Assembly (NCBI GenBank): GCA_002427165.1
Contig: DIQB01000129.1
Span: 1 to 53,041, forward strand
Source: Firmicutes bacterium UBA5473
Lineage (GTDB): Bacteria; Bacillota; DTU084
Length of the DNA: 53,041 nucleotides
Direction: 5' to 3'
Shown here: positions 1 through 9,518 of the stretch, piece after piece
Numbering within the stretch: the stretch's first letter is position 1
How the letters are laid out: every line of letters begins with the position of its first letter
Made by a program: the position numbers and the translations under genes
Notes under the pieces: generated by a model
Database searches by the model: none
Seen by the model: the letters and a program-made list of their open reading frames with translations, nothing else
What the model was told of the DNA's origin: nothing

Positions 1-210
1 ACAGTCCCTGCTACTTGATTAGCTCAGCCATTGATGTGCGGAAGACACGGCATTTTGAAGGGGAATTTCAGCTCACCAAGGATATCATAAAACTGCTTGA
101 AAGAGTTACTTTTTTATTTGTTTGTCATTGAAAACTTTTGACTGTCGTGTTATTTATTAGTAGGGAATATTGTATTTAGGGAAAGGAAGTAGATTCCACA
201 CAATCAGAGA

Positions 211-1687
211 TTTATTAGCTGAGCGGTAACAAGTAGTTATTGTATAGCTCTTCAATAAAAGAGCAATAGATAATTGAAAAACGGAGGGACAACGATGAAA
301 TTAGCGTTAAGGCAGTATCGTTTTATAGTGTTTATATTCCTATTATTAGCAATACCAAGCGTGTCATTTGCAGCTAATCTCCTGAAAAATGGGGATTTAG
401 AAGGTGCTGATATAAGTGAATTCACACGGACGTACGGTTCTATTGCTACTGTTACAGTAATTTTGGAAGAAAGTGGAAACCAATGCGCTAAACTTGTGAT
501 AAATCAACTTTATAAGCCGGAGCCAACCCCGGAGGTTAGTACATCTTTGTTAATAGGTGGTGCTAAAGGTTATTATGGAGAGAATGGAAGCAATGCTATC
601 CGGGTAAAACCTAATACAACTTATGAGTTTGCTTTTGATATCAAAGGAGATATTGATACCAATGAACATATTGGTTTGTTAAGATCACCAATGTTATGGG
701 TTTGGGAAAGGGGTAAAGAAAAGGAAAGGGCTGGGAGAACAGAGCTTCAAACATCTTTTGGGAAGACGAATATTGAGGTAACAAGAGAGTGGGTGCGATA
801 TGAGGGGGAAGTGACTACCAATGCCACTGCCCATACCGCCTGCTTGAGATTTCCTGTTTATTATGTAAAAGATGATGCCCGAAATTTTGATTTTGATAAG
901 GGCTATTTATTGGTAGATAACGTTGTCTTTAGGGAAAAAAAGTAAATTTTATACAGCTAGCAGGTTTATTAGCTGAACGATAACAATTGTTTTGGGATAG
1001 CTCGTTAAATAAAAAAGTAAAAGAAAAATGGAGGGGCAATGATGAGATTACCATTAAGAAAGTATTGTTTTATAGTGTTTATATTCTTACTAGTAACAAT
1101 ACCAAGCGTGTCATTTGCAGCTAGTCTTCTAAAAAACGGGAATTTAGAAGGTGATGATATAAGTGAATTCACACGGACGTACGGGTCTACTGCTACTGTT
1201 TCGCTATTTTCGGAAGAAAGTGGAAACCGATGTGCTAAACTCGTGATAAACAAACTTTATAAGCAGGAGCCAAACCCGGAGGTTAGTACATCTTTGCTAA
1301 TAGGTGGTATTACAGGTTATTCTGGAGAGGATGGAAGTAATGCGATACGGGTAAAACCTAATACAACTTATGAGTTTGCTTTTGATATCAAAGGAGATAT
1401 TGATACCAATGAACATATTGGTTTGTTAAGGTCACCAATGTTGTGGGTTTGGGAAACAGGTAATGAAAGTGTATCGGCTGGGAGAAAAGAGATTGCAACA
1501 ACTTTGGGAACGAATATTGAGGTAACAAGTGAGTGGGTGCGATATAAGGGAGAAGTGACTACCAATGCCACTGCCTCTAGAGCTGGCTTGAGACTTCCTA
1601 TTTATTATACAAAAGATGATGCACGAAATTTTAGTTTTAGTAGATGTTATTTATTAGTAGATAACGTTGATTTTAGGGAAAAGAAAG
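211..1687 (+). repeat. Diverged tandem duplication (~750 bp unit: 211-945 and 965-1687) covering upstream leader, RBS and CBM-like domain
   Basis: TTTATTAGCTGA..TAACAA..ATAGCTC leader at 211 and 965. Long identical coding stretches, e.g. GTAAAACCTAATACAACTTATGAGTTTGCTTTTGATATCAAAGGAGATATTGATACCAATGAACATATTGG, in both copies. Confidence 0.9.
295..945 (+). CDS. Secreted carbohydrate-binding-module-like protein (CBM4/9-like beta-sandwich), single domain
   Basis: ATG at 295 after GGAGG. Signal peptide ending SFA-A, NLLKNGDLE start motif, VKPNTTYEFAFDIKG and LLVDNV end motif typical of CBM_4_9-like domains. Near-duplicate of the N-terminus of 1039..3138. Confidence 0.7.
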   Translation: MKLALRQYRFIVFIFLLLAIPSVSFAANLLKNGDLEGADISEFTRTYGSIATVTVILEESGNQCAKLVINQLYKPEPTPEVSTSLLIGGAKGYYGENGSNAIRVKPNTTYEFAFDIKGDIDTNEHIGLLRSPMLWVWERGKEKERAGRTELQTSFGKTNIEVTREWVRYEGEVTTNATAHTACLRFPVYYVKDDARNFDFDKGYLLVDNVVFREKK

Positions 1688-3138
1688 AGATTCCTCCCAC
1701 GCCAGATGGTTTTACTGCTATTCGCAATAGTGGTTCAAGCAATGTAACTTTATCCTGGAATACAACCCAGGATGCTGAAAACTATTGCATTTATCGCGAT
1801 TCTGTGTTGCATTATGAGGTGGATGCTAACGCTACCTCTTGGGTTGATGAAACAGCCGAGCCAGATAGCACATATAGTTATTCGATATCTGCTAAAAACT
1901 ATAAAGGAGAAAGTGCCCCTACAGAAGAAATTTTAGCGAAAAGAATGAGGATGGTAAGAGGAATAATCAAAGGGGAAAAAGAAGGCGTCACTAATATTCT
2001 TCCAGGAGCGGAAGTAAGAGTTTTAGCTTCCCAACTAAATCCAGTGTATAGCGATGGAAATGGTATTTTTCAATTAGGACCTTTGGTTGAAGGCGAATAT
2101 CAATTTGAAATTAGGAAGTTTCAATATAGTAGACAAACAATTCCCAAAGGGATCAGTGTTGCTGATCCATATGAGTATGAGTTCGATTTAGGTGAATTGA
2201 TACTCCCCTGGGACGATAAAGCTCCTAATCCGCCTACCTTTATTTTAGCAGATGCAGCTAGGCATGTGGGGATTATTGTACTAGAGTGGGAACCGCCCGC
2301 AATTGAACCGGAAGATGTGGAAAGATATAATATCTATCGTTCCAAAACAGAAAATATTGATATCAATAGTGTAACTCCTATAGACACTGTAAGTGCAGAG
2401 ACTTTGATTTATTATGATAGATTTGATGCAAAAGATTTTGGCTGTACATTTTATTATCGAATTCAATCCGAGGATGGTGGAGGAAACAAAGAGGGAGCTT
2501 CAAACGAACTTTCAGAAACTGTAATCGCACCGCCCATACCTATACCTCTTGAGCCCCAAGGAGGTGCTTTGGTAGCTGAGTTTCCAATGACTTTTTCATG
2601 GCAAAAAGTCGAGAATGTTGATTTTAGTAAGTACTCCATACAATTAAGCAGTTCTCCCGATTTCCCAAATGATGAACGTACACAATTATTACCCTGTAAC
2701 TCTTCTCCAACCTTTACCTTGAACTCGCCATTAATTCAGGGAACATGGTATTGGCGAGTAAATGCAATATATGAAAGAGATGTTGAAAGCGCTTGGTCTG
2801 AAGCAGTAGAATTTATTACAATAACAACAGATGACAATCCTTACCTGGTTCCATATTTAAAAATTACTCCACAAGTCTTAAGGCAAGGAAATGTTGATAT
2901 AAGTTATTATTTAACCACAGGAGCCAATGTGTTTATAAGAGTATTTAATCTTAAGGGCCAGCATGTTGTAACCTTGGATACAGAAGACAAGCCTGCCGGT
3001 TTATATACTATTAGCTGGAATGGAAGAGATTCTCACGGCAAAGAACTCCAAAATGGACTTGTTTTGGTGCAGTTAAAACTTAAAACACCTGAAAAAGGGG
3101 AAAAGATATTTACAAAGAAAGTGCTCATAAATCGTTAA
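1039..3138 (+). CDS. Secreted multidomain protein: CBM-like + FN3 + carboxypeptidase-regulatory-like + FN3/Ig + C-terminal FlgD Ig-like domain
   Basis: Signal peptide. FN3 motifs (VTLSWN..YCIYR..YSYSISAKN..GES; LEWEPP..YNIYRS..YYRIQSED), SDGNGIFQL motif, and C-terminal IRVFNLKGQHVVTL..G.YTISWNGRDSHG typical of FlgD_ig. Confidence 0.75.
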   Translation: MMRLPLRKYCFIVFIFLLVTIPSVSFAASLLKNGNLEGDDISEFTRTYGSTATVSLFSEESGNRCAKLVINKLYKQEPNPEVSTSLLIGGITGYSGEDGSNAIRVKPNTTYEFAFDIKGDIDTNEHIGLLRSPMLWVWETGNESVSAGRKEIATTLGTNIEVTSEWVRYKGEVTTNATASRAGLRLPIYYTKDDARNFSFSRCYLLVDNVDFREKKEIPPTPDGFTAIRNSGSSNVTLSWNTTQDAENYCIYRDSVLHYEVDANATSWVDETAEPDSTYSYSISAKNYKGESAPTEEILAKRMRMVRGIIKGEKEGVTNILPGAEVRVLASQLNPVYSDGNGIFQLGPLVEGEYQFEIRKFQYSRQTIPKGISVADPYEYEFDLGELILPWDDKAPNPPTFILADAARHVGIIVLEWEPPAIEPEDVERYNIYRSKTENIDINSVTPIDTVSAETLIYYDRFDAKDFGCTFYYRIQSEDGGGNKEGASNELSETVIAPPIPIPLEPQGGALVAEFPMTFSWQKVENVDFSKYSIQLSSSPDFPNDERTQLLPCNSSPTFTLNSPLIQGTWYWRVNAIYERDVESAWSEAVEFITITTDDNPYLVPYLKITPQVLRQGNVDISYYLTTGANVFIRVFNLKGQHVVTLDTEDKPAGLYTISWNGRDSHGKELQNGLVLVQLKLKTPEKGEKIFTKKVLINR

Positions 3139-3252
3139 TGTAGATTGTGCGGCAACGATAAAGAGAGGGGGGAAAGGAAGACGAATTTGGGTTAATCAAA
3201 ATCATTAACAAGCACTGAGCTCTTGCCCTTACGGTCTTGGCGCAGATCCTCT

Positions 3253-3313
3253 GGCCGCATGTTATTAAGGCTTAGAGGTCAGACAATATGGTGGCCTAAC
3301 ATAACATGCGGTC
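3253..3313. repeat. Imperfect inverted repeat (GGCCGCATGTTATTAAGGC / GCCTAACATAACATGCGGTC)
   Basis: The two arms are near reverse complements, separated by ~22 nt. Confidence 0.7.
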
Positions 3314-3406
3314 TTTTCCAAGATCAAGATCGAACGGCATCTTTCCTAGTGTAAAAAAATGGAGCTATTTGACTGGCTCTCATATCAGAAAGCCTTTATC
3401 TTTAAG

Positions 3407-3635
3407 ATCGATTACATGCTTGGGAAGCCTATTATCGTGATTTAGATGGCATCGGCGGGGCCTCTTGTTTTCCGCGCGTAGGAACTAATCCCTTCAATCA
3501 GGTATAAATGTTTAAGGGAGGAACTTGATGACATTCAGTATATGTCAAATTGAAGTTCTTTACATAGCCTTGCAAAGAACTACCAGAATATAACGTAACG
3601 CAAGAGGTAGAGGTTTTTTGATGTAGTTATTAATT
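3407..3635 (+). pseudogene. Degraded 3' fragment of a paralog of the 10935..13205 DUF4091-like gene
   Basis: Collinear similarity to ~12802-13118 (TTACATGCTTGG, TTTAGATGGCAT, GCGGGGCCTCTTGTTT, ACTTGATGA, CAAATTGAAG, TAACGCAAGAGGTAGAGG) with deletions and no ORF. Confidence 0.85.
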
Positions 3636-3668
3636 CCTCGCACTAAAGAGTATATAGTGAAAGGATGA

Positions 3669-4502
3669 ATGTACATGTCTACCCGACAGTTCGGGAAACG
3701 TCTTTTAGCTTTGTTATTGGTATTGTGCGCTTTGGCTATACAAGCCTTTACTGCTGTACGCAGCGAAGTTGCGACTCACCAAAGCACAGTCCTCAATACA
3801 ACAAAAGATTTCTATCTATTTTATCCCAATAAATATAACCCAGACAAGACATATCCGGTTCTCTATCTGCTCCATGGTGCAGGTGGTAGTTACCGGTCTT
3901 GGTCATCACAAGGTGTATTGGCCCAGAGTCTAGAAGAGTTTGAAATGTTTGTGGTCTTGCCTGACGGGGATAAATTTAGTTGGTACTTGGACAGTCCCCT
4001 TTCAGGATCAAAATATGAGACTTATCTAATTGAAGAGTTGATCCCCTTTGTGGATAGAAATTATCCTACAAAAGCCAATTGTAAAGCTAGGGCAATCAGT
4101 GGTCTGAGCATGGGCGGACATGGGGCTGTAACTTTGGCAATTAAGCATCCTGATCTGTTTGGTTCTGCCTCGTCGCTGAGCGGAATTTTGGACATTGTTC
4201 GTCATCCCAATGATTGGCAGCTTGATCAGAGGTTAGGTAAGCAAGAGGAAAACATGGCCCTTTGGGAAGCGAATAGTGCCCTTTTCTTGAGTCCGAAACT
4301 TAAAAACCTTGAGCTTGCTCTTTTCATCTCCTGCGGTCTTGATGATTTTGCCCTTAAGGAGAATCGCGATTTTCACAGGAAGCTTCAGGAACTAAGGATT
4401 CCCCATCTTTATGTGGAGCACCCAGGTGCCCATAATCTTGACTACTGGTTAGGCAATCTAGGGGAGCATTTGCTGTTTCATAACTATATCTTTACTGAGT
4501 AA
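3669..4502 (+). CDS. Secreted alpha/beta-hydrolase esterase (Esterase/CE1-like family)
   Basis: YPVLYLLHG, GLSMGG nucleophile elbow, PGAH catalytic His, N-terminal signal. Confidence 0.88.
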   Translation: MYMSTRQFGKRLLALLLVLCALAIQAFTAVRSEVATHQSTVLNTTKDFYLFYPNKYNPDKTYPVLYLLHGAGGSYRSWSSQGVLAQSLEEFEMFVVLPDGDKFSWYLDSPLSGSKYETYLIEELIPFVDRNYPTKANCKARAISGLSMGGHGAVTLAIKHPDLFGSASSLSGILDIVRHPNDWQLDQRLGKQEENMALWEANSALFLSPKLKNLELALFISCGLDDFALKENRDFHRKLQELRIPHLYVEHPGAHNLDYWLGNLGEHLLFHNYIFTE

Positions 4503-4749
4503 TTTATAAAAAATTTCAATGAGACTGATTCCTGAAGGGTTATAAAGATGTCAAAACTTCCACTCTCTTTTCCCATTTGATTCGAAAAGCGACAATTTAG
4601 ACCCAGAGAAATGTAGGAATGGTTAAAAGCCAACACGTGAAAACAAGATGGTTTTTTTAACCGAACACACATGCACTTGTGATAGTATAAACACCGACTT
4701 GCTCATTAGAGTAGTAAGATTATTATAGGGAAAAAGGAGAATTTTGTCT

Positions 4750-5667
4750 ATGAACTCGAAAGCAGATAGGTTTTTCAACAGCAAGAGTTCTTTTATCATT
4801 ATAAGTCTTGCTCCGCTATTATTATTTTATACTCTCTTTTTGGTAGTCCCCAAGATAACATCGTTCTATTATCCTTTTACAGAGTATGATGGGATTAGCG
4901 CTCCAGTGCGGATTGGACTTAGGAACTTCGCCACGATTGCAAAAGATGCAGATCTTTGGGCGGCGATGAAAAATAACTTTTTCTATTGGATTATTGCTAC
5001 CCCTATCAATTTTTTTGCAGCGTTGATTGTAGCATTTTTGCTTGTGAAAAAACCATATCGTGAGAGTAAGTTTTATCGAATCTTGTACTACTTCCCGGCA
5101 ATTTTGCCCAGTGTAATCACAGCTTTGATGTGGCAGTTTGCCTTTCACGGCCGCTATGGAATTTTCAATGCCCTCCTCAATGCATTAGGGATGAATGTTG
5201 GTGAGTTTTATTGGCTTACCAATACTACAGCTGTTCGCTGGGCGATGATTATTCCTATGGTATGGGGAGGTTGGGCTGGAAATATGCTGATCTTTATGGG
5301 TGCTATTCAATCTGTTCCAGCAAGTTTATATGAGTCTGCAGAGCTTGATGGTGCCTCAGATCCACAGAAGCTTTTCTTAATTACAGTGCCTGTAATCTGG
5401 GAGACGATGAAGACAATGATTTTCTTCAGTATTATTGGGCTTTTTGGTGCTTTTGAGATGATCTTAATTATGACCAATGGTGGGCCTGCAGGTGCTACAG
5501 AGGTTGTGGGTACGTATATGTACAAAATTGCCTTTGGTGCCGAAGGAGTTGCTGCCTTTGGTTATGCAGCAGCAATAGGGCTTATCCTATTCGTAATTCT
5601 AAGCGTGATTAGTATTATTGCCTTCCGGTTTATGGATCGGGGCGAAGCAATTGAGATGGCGGGTTAA
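4750..5667 (+). CDS. Carbohydrate ABC transporter permease
   Basis: Multiple TM segments, EAA loop LYESAELDGAS, TNGGPAGATEV. Start may be TTG 4744 or ATG 4750. Confidence 0.92.
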   Translation: MNSKADRFFNSKSSFIIISLAPLLLFYTLFLVVPKITSFYYPFTEYDGISAPVRIGLRNFATIAKDADLWAAMKNNFFYWIIATPINFFAALIVAFLLVKKPYRESKFYRILYYFPAILPSVITALMWQFAFHGRYGIFNALLNALGMNVGEFYWLTNTTAVRWAMIIPMVWGGWAGNMLIFMGAIQSVPASLYESAELDGASDPQKLFLITVPVIWETMKTMIFFSIIGLFGAFEMILIMTNGGPAGATEVVGTYMYKIAFGAEGVAAFGYAAAIGLILFVILSVISIIAFRFMDRGEAIEMAG

Positions 5668-5694
5668 ACCAAGACTTAGACTGGAGGAATTCAA

Positions 5695-6561
5695 ATGGCT
5701 GAAGCTGCATACAAAGATTCTGGGGTGGTGAAGCGCCTTGAGGTGAGGGATGTAGTGATCAGGGTTCTCTTGGCCCTGTGGGCACTTGCGATCATCTTGC
5801 CGCTGATTTGGGTGGTTTATACTTCCCTAAAAACAAACCAGGAGTTTTTCATGGGCGCCTGGCAATTGCCAAAGAGTATGCAATGGAATAACTATTATCG
5901 GGCCTGGACGCAGCTTGGTATAGGGCAGAGCTTTGTAAACACCATTATTCTTATAACAGGTGCGATGCTGCTTAACACTTTTATAGTGGGACTGGGGTGC
6001 TATACCTTAGCTAGGTTTGATTTCAAAGGCAGAGATATTATTTACTGGTATATTATTGGCAGCTATTTTATCACCGGTCTCAATACCATGGTTACAGGTT
6101 ATATTTTGATGAGGAAACTGGGTCTACTCAATAGTTTATTTGGATTAATTATTAATTATGGGGCAGCCCCGATAGTCTTCAATACCTTAATCCTTAATGC
6201 CTTTATGAAAGGGCAGCCTAAAGAACTGGAAGAGGCTGCATATATAGATGGTGCATCATACTGGCAAACTTTTTGGTATCTAGGAATACCTCTGGCGAGA
6301 CCGGCCCTACTTACAATAAATGTTTTTAATTTCATGGGGTATTATAATAATTTTATAAAACCATTACTATATATTCGGGATCCGGAAAAATATCCTTTGT
6401 CTGTGGCTATTTATTCTATGGCACAGGCTATGACCTATAGAGCTGATTGGGTGACGCTGTTTGCAGGGTTTGTGATTATGATGATCCCGACTATTTTAAT
6501 TTATAGCATATTCCAGAATCAAATTATTCAGAACCTGAACATTGGTGCTTTGAAAGGTTAA
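5695..6561 (+). CDS. Carbohydrate ABC transporter permease
   Basis: SLKT, LARFDFKG, PKELEEAAYIDGAS and C-terminal GALKG motifs. Confidence 0.93.
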   Translation: MAEAAYKDSGVVKRLEVRDVVIRVLLALWALAIILPLIWVVYTSLKTNQEFFMGAWQLPKSMQWNNYYRAWTQLGIGQSFVNTIILITGAMLLNTFIVGLGCYTLARFDFKGRDIIYWYIIGSYFITGLNTMVTGYILMRKLGLLNSLFGLIINYGAAPIVFNTLILNAFMKGQPKELEEAAYIDGASYWQTFWYLGIPLARPALLTINVFNFMGYYNNFIKPLLYIRDPEKYPLSVAIYSMAQAMTYRADWVTLFAGFVIMMIPTILIYSIFQNQIIQNLNIGALKG

Positions 6562-6580
6562 AATAAATAATTTCGGAGGG

Positions 6581-8011
6581 GTGATCGAGATGCTACGGAG
6601 TAAGAGACACTATGCAGTAATCGTTTTGATCCTAGTGGCGCTTGTGTTGTTTTTCGGCGGTTGTGGGAAGAAAAAGGAAGTATCAGAAGAGAGAGTATAT
6701 AGTGGAGAAGTGTATCCGGAAAACGGACTTCCAAAAGATAAAAAAGTGACGATCTCGGCGATTTACCCGGTTGCGGGTTGTGGTAAAGAGTATTTTGAGT
6801 ATGCTGTTGAAACCTTTCAAGAGAAATTTAAAAACGTAAAAATTAATGTTCGTTACATTGAGGAAGGTGTTACGACATATAATCAAATAATACAAGCGAT
6901 GATACAAAGTGGCAATGATGATGATATGTATGATTGGATTTATATCTCTTATGATGTGTCTTTGATGCAACAAGAAAAGCTAGAATCTCAAGACGAGTTA
7001 TGGGAACGAACATTATACGATCGGCCTGATACGAAGGTTAAGGATGTTATTATGTCGGACAAATCATCCGTTTTTGCTTATTTTGGACATATGTGGGCGG
7101 CGCCCACCAATTATAAAATATATGGTCTTTATTATAATAAAAAGTGGTTTAAAGATTTGGGGCTATCCGAACAGCCAAAAGACTGGTATGAATTTTTGTC
7201 ACTATGCAAAAAAATTAAAGCAAAAGGTGTATACCCCATGGTAATGGCAGGGAAGTATGCAAGTTCTTATTTTGATTATGGGTGGGGAACAATTCCTTAT
7301 GCGGTTGATGGTAGTGATAAATATAGTGAAGATGAGTATAATTATCGACCAGATCTTTATATATCTAAACCGCATGTAACAATGCTCAAAAGGTTAGAGG
7401 AATTTGTTGCTAAAGGGTATTTACATCCTGGAACTGCAAGTTTCGATCATACGCAATCCCAAATGGAATTTGTTCAAGGGAAAGCTGCAATGATTACTAA
7501 CGGAACATGGGTAGCTAATGAAATGAAAAATGTTGTCCCTGATGATTTCGAATGGGGATTTATGGTTTTTCCTGGTAACGATCCGAACAAAAAACAAGTT
7601 ATTTTAACTCAAACGGGTATGTCTGGATTTATTTGGAAAAACCGTCCGGAATTAAATAAGAAATGGGTTAAGGAATTTAATTTATGGTTATTAAACCTAG
7701 ATATTCAACAGAAGTACGCGCAAAGCGGTGGAGTCCCAACCCGAAAAGATTTTAAGCTTGGGGAAGAACAGACAAAGACTATTTCTCCGTCTGTGGTAGA
7801 AGCGTTAAAAGCAATCAGGAGAAGGGGTATTGCACTTGTTGACAATAAACCACGTGTAGAGGTGATAACCAATAGCGAGTTTGCAAAGTTCGGCAAGGTT
7901 AAAGGTGATGGGTATATCGCTTTGATTACAGGGGGAAAATCGGCTGAGCAGGTTGCTAAAGACATTAATAAACAATATATGAAGGGGCTCGAAGCAGATA
8001 AAAGAAAATAG
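6581..8011 (+). CDS. Carbohydrate ABC transporter substrate-binding lipoprotein
   Basis: Lipobox FFGGC; GLYYNKKWF, PKDWYEF and FVQGKAAMITNGTW motifs; adjacent to two permeases. Confidence 0.9.
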   Translation: MIEMLRSKRHYAVIVLILVALVLFFGGCGKKKEVSEERVYSGEVYPENGLPKDKKVTISAIYPVAGCGKEYFEYAVETFQEKFKNVKINVRYIEEGVTTYNQIIQAMIQSGNDDDMYDWIYISYDVSLMQQEKLESQDELWERTLYDRPDTKVKDVIMSDKSSVFAYFGHMWAAPTNYKIYGLYYNKKWFKDLGLSEQPKDWYEFLSLCKKIKAKGVYPMVMAGKYASSYFDYGWGTIPYAVDGSDKYSEDEYNYRPDLYISKPHVTMLKRLEEFVAKGYLHPGTASFDHTQSQMEFVQGKAAMITNGTWVANEMKNVVPDDFEWGFMVFPGNDPNKKQVILTQTGMSGFIWKNRPELNKKWVKEFNLWLLNLDIQQKYAQSGGVPTRKDFKLGEEQTKTISPSVVEALKAIRRRGIALVDNKPRVEVITNSEFAKFGKVKGDGYIALITGGKSAEQVAKDINKQYMKGLEADKRK

Positions 8012-8038
8012 GTTGAAACAAGAAAGGAAATAAAAGGC

Positions 8039-8104
8039 GGTTCGCTCAGTGATAGAATCTTCTGCGCCAACAAGGGTTTGTTGGCGTCTGTCTGACAGCG
8101 AGCC
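8039..8104 (+). other. Long imperfect stem-loop downstream of the SBP gene
   Basis: Nested pairings GGTTCGCT/AGCGAGCC, GATAGA/TCTGTC and CGCCAACAA/TTGTTGGCG; no U-tract. Confidence 0.55.
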
Positions 8105-8339
8105 TTAGTAGAATAATTCAGACTGCTTCCGGTTTAGGAATAGATGATTCTGAATAACTATGATGACCATTCAGCATCTGTGGGGTAACATGGCAAGGAA
8201 GGTGGATCCCTATTAATAGAGGGAGCATTACTATTAAGTTATAAATGGCTTGCTATGAAATCGGTGGATAGATATCTTTGGATTAGTGCCAACAAGATCC
8301 ATTGCTATATAAGCTAAGCATTTGGGGGAGATTCTGAAA

Positions 8340-9377
8340 ATGGTACGATTTGGAGTTGTAGGGTGTGGTACCATCGGGAAAATACATGCAGGGATCATAA
8401 ACAGCATCTCGGGGGCTATCCTGGTAGGGGTTTCGGATATGAATCCTACTTTATGCGGAAGTCTCGCAGAAAGTTTGGGCTGTTCTTTCTACGAGAATTA
8501 CACAGAGCTGATAGAAAGAGATGATATTGATGCAGTAGCAGTTTGTTTGCCTTCTGGGATGCATTATGAGGCAGCTGTAGCAGCTGCCAAGGCCGGCAAG
8601 CATGTAATTGTGGAAAAACCTATGGAAGTTCAACTTGATAAGGCCGAAAAAATGATAGATGTTTGCAAAGAAAATGGGGTCAAGTTGAGTGTAATAATGC
8701 AGCACAGGTTTGATGATGCAATACAGGCGCTGAAAAAGGCTGTGGATTATGGCGATATGGGCAAATTATTCATGGGTTCTTCTCGAACTATTTGGTACAG
8801 GGAACCCGAGTATTACATTGGGAACTCATGGAGGGGGACGTGGAAGCTTGATGGAGGAGGGGCTCTTATCAACCAATCAATCCACTACATAGATCTGCTT
8901 CTGTACATCATGGGGCCAGTTGAAAGCGTAAACGGTAAATGTAGAACTCTTTTCCATAAAAGTATTGAAGTAGAGGACACAGGTATCGCAACCCTCCAGT
9001 TTAAAAGTGGAGCGATAGGCACAATTGAAGGTACGACAATTGCATATCCCGGGTTATTTACTGAGCTGAGTATATACGGGGAAAAGGGAACGGTAGTTAT
9101 TCAAAATGATCAACTTAACTTTTGCCAATTCAAGGAAGGCGAAAACCTTGAATTAGGAAAGCTTTTAAGTAGAAAGAGCTCAGTAAAGACAGGGCAATCA
9201 AAGGCTGAAGAACTTGATACTAGTTCTCATAAAAAACAGTATGTTGATTTCATTAATGCAATAAAGAGCAACAGAAAGCCTCTTATCACCGGAGAGCAAG
9301 GGATTAGATCACTTGCTGTTATAAAGGCAATTTATGAGTCGTCAAAAAATAAAAGAGAGGTAACCGTTGGTATATGA
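8340..9377 (+). CDS. Gfo/Idh/MocA family oxidoreductase
   Basis: GVVGCGTIG Rossmann motif, AGKHVIVEKP, GGGALINQSIHYID. ATG at 8340 follows GGGGAG. Confidence 0.95.
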   Translation: MVRFGVVGCGTIGKIHAGIINSISGAILVGVSDMNPTLCGSLAESLGCSFYENYTELIERDDIDAVAVCLPSGMHYEAAVAAAKAGKHVIVEKPMEVQLDKAEKMIDVCKENGVKLSVIMQHRFDDAIQALKKAVDYGDMGKLFMGSSRTIWYREPEYYIGNSWRGTWKLDGGGALINQSIHYIDLLLYIMGPVESVNGKCRTLFHKSIEVEDTGIATLQFKSGAIGTIEGTTIAYPGLFTELSIYGEKGTVVIQNDQLNFCQFKEGENLELGKLLSRKSSVKTGQSKAEELDTSSHKKQYVDFINAIKSNRKPLITGEQGIRSLAVIKAIYESSKNKREVTVGI

Positions 9378-9518
9378 CTTAGGATTAAAATAGATCAGCA
9401 CCAACGGAAATACCATCAATCCTGAGTAACCTGCGTAATGGCATTAAAGTACTAAAAATGGGTATAATCAAGACTTGCTGTTTTGGCAATCTTTACGCGA
9501 GAGGAATGGTTATAAATC

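Noticed and set aside
3..131. Open frame at the window start (SPCYLISSAIDVRK...)
   Set aside because: Could be the 3' end of an upstream gene but is too short to assign.
3294..3340. GCCTAAC as an integron attC R'' box
   Set aside because: No matching GTTRRRY R' box at a suitable distance, no cassette array and no integron integrase.
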